Positions 14,235 to 22,011 of a stretch of DNA of 32,676 bases are shown here, in pieces. The notes beneath the pieces were generated by a model. That model was not told the origin of the DNA. It saw nothing but the letters and a program-made list of their open reading frames with translations, and searched no databases. Where the stretch lies: NCBI GenBank assembly GCA_013151655.1, contig JAADHX010000226.1, positions 1 to 32,676 of the forward strand, in the 5' to 3' direction. The position numbers and the translations under genes were made by a program. Origin of the DNA: Actinomycetota bacterium (GTDB lineage Bacteria; Actinomycetota; Acidimicrobiia; Acidimicrobiales; Poriferisodalaceae). Position 1 is the first letter of the stretch. The number at the start of each line of letters is the position of its first letter.

Positions 14235-15755
14235 ATGACTATGTCTGTCGAGATAGCGGCCCTGTGGTTGGCACGCGCTTCAAAGGAACGGGTATCGGCT
14301 GCCATGGCAGCCAACATCACCGACGGCATAGACGCAGCCGGTTCGGCAGCCATCATCGTCGTGTCGACACGACTCCCTCGCATCCGTATGGCGTCGGTTA
14401 TGCAGCGAATTTCCGAGGCCGCTCCAGAGACGCCCACAGTTGTTGTATGTCACGCTGGTGGTGAGAAGACGGCCCGCGACCTAGTTCGGCTTGGCGCGAC
14501 CCATGTGATTGCCGAAGGCAACGAAGCAACGCTCTGTCGGCTCGAGCCCGAAGCAGGTCCGGGCACTCCCCCGCTCGACGAGGACGGTATCGCTCGGACA
14601 ATGCCAGAGCCAGACGCCGAGCCGTTGGTCACTGGATTCAGTTTCGAGATCGAGCAGACGGTTAACGACGGGCGGCTTCGCAGCCGAGTTGACCCAATAA
14701 CCAACCTGCCAACCGGAACTGCGTTCTCGCTCCGTTTTGCCGACCTCACCCAGGGCGAGTCGCTGCCTCGGATCGCTTTCATCAGAGTGGCCAACTACCG
14801 CGCCGCCATTTCATCTCTAGAGCGGCAGGCACTTGATCTGTTCCGCAGGCGTCTGGTTCTTCAGTTTCGCCAGGTGATTATCGGCGAGGACATCGAAATG
14901 TTCCAGACCGACGATGTCGAGTTCGCCTTCATAGGCGCAAACATGAACCACGCTCAAGCGACCGAACTGTGCGACCGCCTGGTTACCGCTGCCGAAGGAT
15001 TCGCGCCAACCGGAGGCGAGCCGGTTCGCCTAGCTATCGGGCACGCCGGCCCTGAGGTGGCCAACGAGCCAAGGACGTTGCGCGAACTGGGCGAACGCGC
15101 GGTGCAAGCTGCGAGTTTGGCCGGTGGCGTCGTCAGCGGCGACGAACTCGCTCTGTCCGAGGCCAACACCACCGAGATCGAGGCCATGTTGGCCCTTATC
15201 GCGCACGTCGACAGAAAGGCCTTTCACGGACCCCAGCATCACCACCGGGTTGCGGACGTAGCAGTCGCTATCGGGCGCGAACTCGGCATCGACGGCATCG
15301 ATCTAATCAGGCTCAGGTTGGCAGCAAGGTTGCATGACGTCGGCCTGGTTGTTGGCGATGAAGACGCCTTAGCGACAGATCCCTCGACGCTGTCTGGCGA
15401 GGAACTTGAGGCCTACCAGAAACACCCAGCGACTGGGGCAAACTATGTAGCTCTATCGACCAGCGAAGACGTTGTCAGCGCGGTGCGCCATCATCACGAA
15501 TACTGGGACGGAACAGGGTTTCCTGACCAACTCGAAGGCGAGGACATACCGTTCCACGCGCGAGTAATTGGCGTTGCTGATCACATCGAAGAGCTAAACC
15601 GGCATGGCAAAACCGATGACGAGATTGTCAAGATTATTCAGGCGGCCTCGGCGACAAGACATGACCCTGGCATCATCTGGGCCGGGGTTACCGTAATCAA
15701 GGCCGGGACGCTTGGTATCGACAAGTTGCCTGAACGCGACCTGAGCATGGCCTAG
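14235..15755 (+). CDS. pseudo-receiver / degenerate GGDEF / HD-GYP-type (HD-GFP) c-di-GMP phosphodiesterase-like protein
   Basis: N-terminus is receiver-like but lacks the acceptor Asp (AAIIVVSTRLPRIRM..TPTVVVCHAGGEKTARDLVRLGATHVI). GGDEF-like middle (VDPITNLPTGTAF..; motif DDVEF at 14910..14924). C-terminus HHHRVADVAVAIGRELG..LAARLHDVGLV..HHEYWDGTGFPDQLEGEDIPFHARVIGVADHIEEL is an HD-GYP domain (15489..15524 holds HHEYWDGTGFP). Start probably ATG 14241. Confidence 0.85.
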   Translation: MTMSVEIAALWLARASKERVSAAMAANITDGIDAAGSAAIIVVSTRLPRIRMASVMQRISEAAPETPTVVVCHAGGEKTARDLVRLGATHVIAEGNEATLCRLEPEAGPGTPPLDEDGIARTMPEPDAEPLVTGFSFEIEQTVNDGRLRSRVDPITNLPTGTAFSLRFADLTQGESLPRIAFIRVANYRAAISSLERQALDLFRRRLVLQFRQVIIGEDIEMFQTDDVEFAFIGANMNHAQATELCDRLVTAAEGFAPTGGEPVRLAIGHAGPEVANEPRTLRELGERAVQAASLAGGVVSGDELALSEANTTEIEAMLALIAHVDRKAFHGPQHHHRVADVAVAIGRELGIDGIDLIRLRLAARLHDVGLVVGDEDALATDPSTLSGEELEAYQKHPATGANYVALSTSEDVVSAVRHHHEYWDGTGFPDQLEGEDIPFHARVIGVADHIEELNRHGKTDDEIVKIIQAASATRHDPGIIWAGVTVIKAGTLGIDKLPERDLSMA

Positions 15756-15786
15756 CCGACGAACCCCATCACTAGCTGTGGGGTCG

Positions 15787-15984
15787 CTAGTCGAGTGTGT
15801 GCAACAACGCCCTGAAGCCCACATCGGCGAGCCTGGAAACGATCACAACGCCGACCAAAGCGAGGAATGCTCGTATGCCGGCGTCCGGCAATGACAATGC
15901 TCCCTGCACCAACTGAACGCCGATCCACAAGATCGCAACCAGACCGAGCGCGGCCAGAACACGGCGAACGCTTCCCACCGTCAA
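15787..15984 (-). CDS. possible small two-helix membrane protein (65 aa) at the operon end
   Basis: TTG 15984 / GTG 15978 overlaps or abuts the flhF-like stop. Two hydrophobic stretches (VLAALGLVAILWIGVQLV, AFLALVGVVIVSRLA). High third-position GC as in neighbouring genes. No homology recognised. Confidence 0.4.
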   Translation of the reverse strand: MTVGSVRRVLAALGLVAILWIGVQLVQGALSLPDAGIRAFLALVGVVIVSRLADVGFRALLHTLD

Positions 15985-17258
15985 CCCCTAGCCAGTCGGG
16001 CACGCACGGCTAGCGCCAGTTCGAACGGGGTTACCCTGATCGTCTCATCGTCGCGGACCATATACCCGAGTCGCGCTCCTGTCTCGATCGCCACATGAAG
16101 TGCCGAACTCAGATGGTCTCCACACCACGAGACAGCAACAAGGTTGCCAGGCATGTAGTCGCCACCAGCTCCACAAAACAAGTGAATGGCTCGACCGGCG
16201 GCCACGTTCTCGAGGTAAGTAGCGTTGAACTCGGTGAGGTCGGTTTCGACGGCAACACTTCCCGTGTGAGCCGGCGCCTCTGGGCTAACGGCCACCCGGA
16301 GGTCGAGGGCGTTCGCGAGAACGCCCACATTGCGGCCCATGAGCACAACGTCGGTTGTATCGACTGGTCCACACAATCCAGCCACACTCTCGGCCAGCCG
16401 ATACACCCAGGCAAGATCGTCGGCTGGGTCAAGTTCGGCGAGTGGTCGAATCAGTGTGTACGGCAACCCAACGCGCGACAGCGCATCGGCCGACCACAAC
16501 ACTGGCCCGCTACCCAAAGGACACACACCGGTTGTCCGCCCAAGAGGATGCCGGCTCTGTTGCGCCGGTACTACAACCGCAGTATCTGGAACGGGCGCAC
16601 CGTGGCTCGTAGGGACGCTTGCAGGAAGGTCGCGTGTCGGCGAGCGAAGATCGACTACTTGCATCGGATCCAGCGCAGCCGGACGGTTAAGTTCGGTTTG
16701 CTCGAGAAGCGGACTGTTGTCTTGGGCTATCTCTGCGGTAGTGGCTGGGCGCCTCCCACGCAAACGCAACTCGGCTCGGAGTGCTTCGCCAAAGGTTGGT
16801 GCCCCGCTCACTTCATCGATGATGGCGATGTCGGTGCCCTCAAACCCAGATCCGGATTCGGCCTCGCTCATCTCGACATCGGCCAGAGCCCGATCGACAG
16901 CACTCATGGGGCCATCCTGGCCAACGGCATCCCTGAGATCGACAGCGCCGTCCTGGGCCAGACTTGCGGTTCCACGCACCACATCAATTGGATTTGGCGA
17001 AGCTGGGCTAGACAGTACTGGGCTAGACACTGCCGGACTAGACAGTGCCGGGCCGGTTCCCGTGGGTTGGACAACGACTCGATAAATCTCTTTCGAAAAG
17101 AACCCACCAACACCGCCGCGATTTACACGTTCAGCATCGACAATGGTGGCCGTAGGACCAAACTCTTTGGTCACCGCGTCAAGGGCAGCCTCGACACTAG
17201 GGGCCTCCACCACAACCGTGCCATCGCCAAGGTCTGAGACGTTGGTCTTAGTAACCAT
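15981..17258 (-). CDS. flhF: FlhF-position protein: FlhF-like N-terminal domain, long low-complexity linker, C-terminal domain without recognisable GTPase motifs
   Basis: VVVEAPSVEAALDAVTKEFGPTATIVDAERVNRGGVGGFFSKEIYRVVV matches the FlhF N-terminal (B-domain) pattern (f.a.s..EAl..v..ElG.dAvIl....v..gG..g.f.k...ev). Directly downstream of flhA. I find no GxxGxGK[ST], DTAGR or TKLDE anywhere. Confidence 0.6.
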   Translation of the reverse strand: MVTKTNVSDLGDGTVVVEAPSVEAALDAVTKEFGPTATIVDAERVNRGGVGGFFSKEIYRVVVQPTGTGPALSSPAVSSPVLSSPASPNPIDVVRGTASLAQDGAVDLRDAVGQDGPMSAVDRALADVEMSEAESGSGFEGTDIAIIDEVSGAPTFGEALRAELRLRGRRPATTAEIAQDNSPLLEQTELNRPAALDPMQVVDLRSPTRDLPASVPTSHGAPVPDTAVVVPAQQSRHPLGRTTGVCPLGSGPVLWSADALSRVGLPYTLIRPLAELDPADDLAWVYRLAESVAGLCGPVDTTDVVLMGRNVGVLANALDLRVAVSPEAPAHTGSVAVETDLTEFNATYLENVAAGRAIHLFCGAGGDYMPGNLVAVSWCGDHLSSALHVAIETGARLGYMVRDDETIRVTPFELALAVRARLARG

Positions 17259-17309
17259 GTCTGAACTCTCTCGGGCCGCAGCCTCTTAACGCATCAAACA
17301 GGTAGTTCA

Positions 17310-19379
17310 TTAGTTGGATCCTCCTCCCAGTGACAGCATTGGTCGAGGCGACGCCTCGATAGTGCCGGCACCAACAACGGCAATCCCTGTCATAGCGATC
17401 GTCGGCGGAATCTCAGGGTAGGCAAGGACTGAAATATCTAGTCCCCCAGCAATCAGGAAACGTTGCATAGGCCTACGGAGGCCCGGTCCGCAGATCACCA
17501 CTGGTGTCGGGTCGCCGGCGATGCTCGACGCCGCGGCGGAAGTTACTTCTTCGAGCAAGAGCGCTCCTTGCTCTGGGGCAAGCACCAGGCGACGTTCATC
17601 GTCGATCTCACGAAGTGCTTCGTGGAGCGCCACTTCAGCAACAGGATCAATGGTTATGGCAGCCAGACGGCTGCCAGCGTCGACTGATCTGACAATCGCG
17701 GGACCAAGAGTGACACGCGCCGCCGCAATCATGTCTTCAAGCGGGCGATCCTTCGTTGCGGACACCGCATCGACCACACGGGCCAGCTGACGAATCGAAA
17801 CGCCCTCCTGGAGCAGTCCCTGTAGGACGCGGTGCAGGGTTCCGAGCGCAACGACGTCGTTGTCGATGTCCTTGGCCAGAATCGGGTGGTCGTAGCGAAG
17901 TCCATCGACCAACTGCTGAACGTCTTGTCGCGTTATGAGACGATCGGCATTTCGCCTCACAACGTCGGCTAAGTGGGTAACGACCGCGGTCGATCGGTCA
18001 ACCACCGTCGCGCCAAGCGCCGTGGCCTGCGGGGCTGCCGTGTCGGGAATCCACCAAGCAGTCAACCCAAACACCGGCTCGGTAGTTCGCCGGCCACCAA
18101 GATGACCAAGATCGTCAGTTTCCGAAGCCGGGAGCACCATCACGTGGTCCCGTGGAGCCGTTCCGCTAGCCACGACCGCGCCGTCGAGTTCGATGGTGTA
18201 CGTCGATGCCGCTAAACCAACATCGTCCCTGGTACGAACCAAGGGCATGACCATCCCAAGTTCGAGGGCGATCTGACGTCGTAGCGCCTTGACCCGATCC
18301 AACAGGTCGCCGCCCTTTTCGGCGTCAACAAGATCTAGGGAGTCATACGAAAGGTGCAACTCAAGCGGTTCGACGCGCATGTCGTCGATGAGCACCTCAG
18401 TCGGGTCGCGCTCGACGTCTAGCTCATCTTCATTCTCGGCGGTTTCGACGATCGGAACCCGACCTCCGAGAATCCAAAGTGTGACTCCGACAACAAGAAA
18501 TGGCAGCACCGGAAGGCCAGGAACAAGAGCAATTCCACTGATCACATAAGACGAAATCCTCATCGCTCGACGTGCGCCCAGAAGCTGCTTCGCAAGCGCC
18601 TCGCCGAGGTCGGCATCGCCGCCGACACGAGTTACGAGAAGACCGGCCGAGATCGAGGTCATGATGGCCGGGATCTGACTTACGAGACCATCGCCAACAG
18701 TCAGCAGCGTGTATGTCGAAACTGCGTCACCAAAGCTCAAACCCTGTTGCCCCATACCAATTGCGAAGCCCCCGAAGAGATTCACCAGAACAATGATGAC
18801 ACCCGCCAGAACGTCTCCCTTGACGAACTTCGACGCACCGTCCATGGCCCCGTAAAAGTCGGCCTCCTTAGCGATGCGTTCACGTTTGTCTTTGGCTTGT
18901 TTGTCGTCGATCAGACCGGCGTTGAGGTCGGCGTCAATGGCCATCTGCTTGCCTGGCATCGCGTCAAGCGTGAACCGGGCCGCAACCTCGGCAACTCGCC
19001 CGGCGCCATTTGTTACAACCGCGAACTGAATCACAATCAGAATCAAGAAGATGACCAGGCCAACAATCACCGATCCCCCTACGACGAAGTTGCCAAAGGT
19101 CTCGATCACCTTGCCCGCATAACCATCGAGCAGAATCAGACGAGTCGAAGACACATTCAAGGCCAGTCGGGCCAATGTCATTACCAACAGCAACGCCGGA
19201 AAGATCGATAGCTCGAGGGTGTCGTTGAGCGTTATGACCGTTAGTAGCAACAACACGGCCATGGCGATGTTCAAAGCCAAGAACAAGTCGAGCAACACCG
19301 GCGAAACCGGAATGATCATCATCACAATGGCCCCAAGCACGAACAGGGGGAGCATCATGTTGGCAACGCGAGACGTCAT
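17310..19379 (-). CDS. flhA: flagellar type III export gate protein FlhA
   Basis: 689 aa. N-terminal polytopic domain with FGNFVVGGSVIVGLVIFLILIVIQFAVVTNGAGRVAEVAARFTLDAMPGKQMAIDADL (FHIPEP signature) and a large cytoplasmic C-domain. Confidence 0.97.
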   Translation of the reverse strand: MTSRVANMMLPLFVLGAIVMMIIPVSPVLLDLFLALNIAMAVLLLLTVITLNDTLELSIFPALLLVMTLARLALNVSSTRLILLDGYAGKVIETFGNFVVGGSVIVGLVIFLILIVIQFAVVTNGAGRVAEVAARFTLDAMPGKQMAIDADLNAGLIDDKQAKDKRERIAKEADFYGAMDGASKFVKGDVLAGVIIVLVNLFGGFAIGMGQQGLSFGDAVSTYTLLTVGDGLVSQIPAIMTSISAGLLVTRVGGDADLGEALAKQLLGARRAMRISSYVISGIALVPGLPVLPFLVVGVTLWILGGRVPIVETAENEDELDVERDPTEVLIDDMRVEPLELHLSYDSLDLVDAEKGGDLLDRVKALRRQIALELGMVMPLVRTRDDVGLAASTYTIELDGAVVASGTAPRDHVMVLPASETDDLGHLGGRRTTEPVFGLTAWWIPDTAAPQATALGATVVDRSTAVVTHLADVVRRNADRLITRQDVQQLVDGLRYDHPILAKDIDNDVVALGTLHRVLQGLLQEGVSIRQLARVVDAVSATKDRPLEDMIAAARVTLGPAIVRSVDAGSRLAAITIDPVAEVALHEALREIDDERRLVLAPEQGALLLEEVTSAAASSIAGDPTPVVICGPGLRRPMQRFLIAGGLDISVLAYPEIPPTIAMTGIAVVGAGTIEASPRPMLSLGGGSN

Positions 19380-19388
19380 CAGCTAGTC

Positions 19389-20441
19389 CTATGCAGTTCG
19401 CGCCAGGCGGCGCGTCCGGATCACGGCTGCGAGAACCGCAGCAACAGCTTCGTAGAGTTCAGCCGGTACGTACTGACCGACCTGACAACGGCGATAAAGC
19501 GCCCTCGCCAGAGGTTTGTCTTGGCGAACAGGAACACCGTGGCGATAGGCCTCCTTGCGCAGCTTTTTAGCAGCAGCACCAGCGCCTTTGGCAACAACGC
19601 GCGGAGCGGCTTCTCCGTCGTCGTACTTCAGGGCAACAGCGAGACGAATCGGGTTCAGCAACACCACATCTGCATCTGCCACCGTTGCCAGCACACGGTT
19701 CTGGCTGAGCTCCCGCGCTTTGCCCCTTCGGCGGTTTCGAATCTCAGGGTCGCCGTCTTGCTGCTTCGCTTCGTCCTTGACTTCCTGCTTCGTCATGCGC
19801 ATCTGAGCCATCAACGTTCGCTTGTGGTACGTGAAGTCCCCTGCGGCGATCACGATCGCCAGGGCAGCACTACGGATCAGGATCGATTTCATCGAACCGT
19901 GCGTCGCAGCGAGCCAACTGCCGAGACCGCTTACTGCGTCAATATCGGAAACGATGCTGCGTATCGGCCCAATAACAACGGCCGCCAACAAGACCAGCTT
20001 CAGAACAAGCCTCGTGAACTCCCAGATCATCTTCTTGGGTGCGAACTTCGCAACGCCGCTCTTCAGGCTGATCTTCGACCACTTGGGTTTGAGCGCCTCT
20101 GGCGACATCACAAACCCGACCTGACCGAGGTTTGCGACAACACCCATGATCATCGAAATAGCCAGAATTGGCGTTAGAACGATCAGGATCATTCTGGGCA
20201 ACGAAGCAGTAAGTGCGGGCGAGTTCAGTCCTTGGGGTGCTGTCGATAGCAGGGCGGTAGTTCCCTGGGCGAAGGGCCCAACAACGGCGGGAGCGATGAC
20301 TAAAAGGACCAACAACGCACCAACCAGCGAAAGCGCGATTGGGATATCTTGGCTCTTCGCCAGCTTGCCCTCGCGTTTGAAGTCCCTACGGCGCTTGCCG
20401 GAGGGCTGCTCGGTGCGTTGATCCTTTTTTTGGTCTGCCAT
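19389..20441 (-). CDS. flhB: flagellar export switch protein FlhB (NPIR in place of NPTH)
   Basis: DQRTEQPSGKRRRDFKREGKLAKSQDI, MTKQEVKDEAKQQDGDPEIRNRRR, ADVVLLNPIRLAVALKY, VVAKGAGAAAKKLRKEAYRHGVPVRQDKPLARALY are all canonical FlhB blocks. Confidence 0.95.
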   Translation of the reverse strand: MADQKKDQRTEQPSGKRRRDFKREGKLAKSQDIPIALSLVGALLVLLVIAPAVVGPFAQGTTALLSTAPQGLNSPALTASLPRMILIVLTPILAISMIMGVVANLGQVGFVMSPEALKPKWSKISLKSGVAKFAPKKMIWEFTRLVLKLVLLAAVVIGPIRSIVSDIDAVSGLGSWLAATHGSMKSILIRSAALAIVIAAGDFTYHKRTLMAQMRMTKQEVKDEAKQQDGDPEIRNRRRGKARELSQNRVLATVADADVVLLNPIRLAVALKYDDGEAAPRVVAKGAGAAAKKLRKEAYRHGVPVRQDKPLARALYRRCQVGQYVPAELYEAVAAVLAAVIRTRRLARTA

Positions 20442-20536
20442 CGGCGTACTAACGCGCTCAGGCCTATCCGTGGCGAATTCGCGCCGTCATCCGTGGCGGC
20501 AAAAGAACGATCTACTCGACAAATTTCAGTCAAGAC

Positions 20537-20947
20537 TCAGGTCGGCGCGGGGCCCTCCTGGTCAAGGTCCTTCACAGGATCCACTGGACAGATCCACTGG
20601 GCGGAGACGGTGACTCGAGTCATGCACGACTCGAACTCGACTAGCGGGTTATCTCCGCCGTCGAACAACAACCGCAGTTCAGACACGGGGGCCATCATCT
20701 GCTCAAGCCCAGTCGTTCCGGCGAGAATCGACAACGAATCGAGACATGACTCGATGACGTCGTCTCGAACCGTCGACCCCATCGACTCCCCGTTGTAGAG
20801 CGCCTGCCAAAGCAGGGAGCAGAGTCCGTCGGTTTCTCTACCGAGTTGCCCATTTAGAGCTGTCAAAGATGTCGCTGTCACGTCGAAGCCAGTCGACCGG
20901 TGATGGCCACGATTCAGGCCAACAGGTGAAGTCATTCGAGACGTCAA
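20537..20947 (-). CDS. hypothetical acidic Cys-containing protein (132-136 aa) inserted between fliR and flhB
   Basis: TTG 20947 overlaps the fliR stop; ATG at 20935. Third-position GC about 70% by my hand count. The opposite-strand ORFs look like junk (Ser/Arg-rich). No TM segment and no family recognised. Confidence 0.5.
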   Translation of the reverse strand: MTSRMTSPVGLNRGHHRSTGFDVTATSLTALNGQLGRETDGLCSLLWQALYNGESMGSTVRDDVIESCLDSLSILAGTTGLEQMMAPVSELRLLFDGGDNPLVEFESCMTRVTVSAQWICPVDPVKDLDQEGPAPT

Positions 20948-21711
20948 CCGAACGAAGCCACTACACCGTTGATGGTCTGCTGCATCTCGACCAACGACGA
21001 CGAAACGTAGGTGGGAAACGAGAACAACACCACGCTGGCCGACGCCATCGCGATGACCAACTTGAGGGGAAGACCGAGCAGGAAGACGTTCGCCTCGGGC
21101 AACATCCGAGCACCAACGCCAAGAACAACCTCAGCAAGGAACAACGCGGCCAGGGCCGGAACAGCTATTTCGAGGCCAGCCACAAAGAACCGACTAACCG
21201 CCTGAAGCGCAACATCGGCGAGCCTGTCATCGAGAACTGGGGCACCCCACAACGGCACCACCTCTACCGTCTGGATCACCCCAGCCACCAACAGGCGTGG
21301 CCCGCCCAGAATGAAGAACATTGTTAGTGCAGTGAGATCGAAGAATCTCTCAAACACGGTCGCTGAACGCCCCGATCCAGGATCAAAAAGGGCCGAGACT
21401 CCAAGTCCAGAAGTGAGGTCAAGTATGCCGCCGGCCAGAATGAACATCTGCAGAATCAACGTAGACACGAAGCCGAGAACAAGCCCGATGAACAAGTTGA
21501 TGAACATGCTCGACAACATCGGCCCGAGCGCAAGGGCCTCATCAGGCACCGGAACAGCAATGAAGAAACCAACCGCCAGCACAAGCGCCGATCGGCCGAG
21601 TCGAGGAACGCGGTTCATTAGCTGAGACGCGCCAAGCACCAGACCCGTCACCCGCATGATCGCGAACAACAACCCAGCAACACTCCCCGCTTCGAAGGTC
21701 AGATTGGCCAT
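20944..21711 (-). CDS. fliR: flagellar export apparatus protein FliR
   Basis: 255-aa polytopic membrane protein with the FliR pattern (LLFAIMRVTGLVLGASQL.., GGILDLTSGLGVSALFDP). Follows fliQ. Confidence 0.9.
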   Translation of the reverse strand: MANLTFEAGSVAGLLFAIMRVTGLVLGASQLMNRVPRLGRSALVLAVGFFIAVPVPDEALALGPMLSSMFINLFIGLVLGFVSTLILQMFILAGGILDLTSGLGVSALFDPGSGRSATVFERFFDLTALTMFFILGGPRLLVAGVIQTVEVVPLWGAPVLDDRLADVALQAVSRFFVAGLEIAVPALAALFLAEVVLGVGARMLPEANVFLLGLPLKLVIAMASASVVLFSFPTYVSSSLVEMQQTINGVVASFG

Positions 21712-21734
21712 GTTCTAAACAGTTCGAATCCGGC

Positions 21735-22001
21735 TCAGGTGAGAACGGGAATCGAACCCCATAGTTCCTCGACCCACGAGGTCAGCTCGGCCAACATCCA
21801 ACCGCCGCCGATAACAATGATGAGTGCCACGCCAATGAGTTTCGGCACAAAGGTGAGCGTCATTTCCTGGATCGACGTCACCGTCTGGATGATGCTCACA
21901 AAGACGCCGACGACGAGGCTGATGATCAAGGCAGGTCCCGCCAGTTTGATCGCCACGACAATGGCATCGGTGGCGATCTGTATCGCAGTTGCATTCGACA
22001 T
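21735..22001 (-). CDS. fliQ: flagellar export apparatus protein FliQ
   Basis: 88 aa. LAGPALIISLVVGVFVSIIQTVTSIQEMTLTFVPKLIGVALIIVIGGGWM is near-consensus FliQ. Confidence 0.92.
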   Translation of the reverse strand: MSNATAIQIATDAIVVAIKLAGPALIISLVVGVFVSIIQTVTSIQEMTLTFVPKLIGVALIIVIGGGWMLAELTSWVEELWGSIPVLT

Positions 22002-22011
22002 TGGTTGACTC

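Noticed and set aside
15763-15784. Hairpin ACCCCA-N10-TGGGGT between the convergent HD-GYP gene and the small membrane ORF as a bidirectional terminator
   Set aside because: The stem is only 6 bp with a 10-nt loop and no T/A tracts. This is not convincing as an intrinsic terminator.
16095-17237. 380-aa ORF on the + strand antisense to the flhF-like gene
   Set aside because: The translation is Arg/Trp/Cys/His-rich with no recognisable motif. The minus-strand frame has the FlhF-like N-terminus and the right synteny. This is a typical high-GC shadow ORF.
20537-20947. Is the orphan ORF between fliR and flhB a PilZ-type c-di-GMP receptor (it contains RGHHR, an RxxxR)?
   Set aside because: No D/NxSxxG motif follows at the expected 20-30-residue distance, and the rest does not look like a PilZ beta-barrel. 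RxxxR alone is meaningless.
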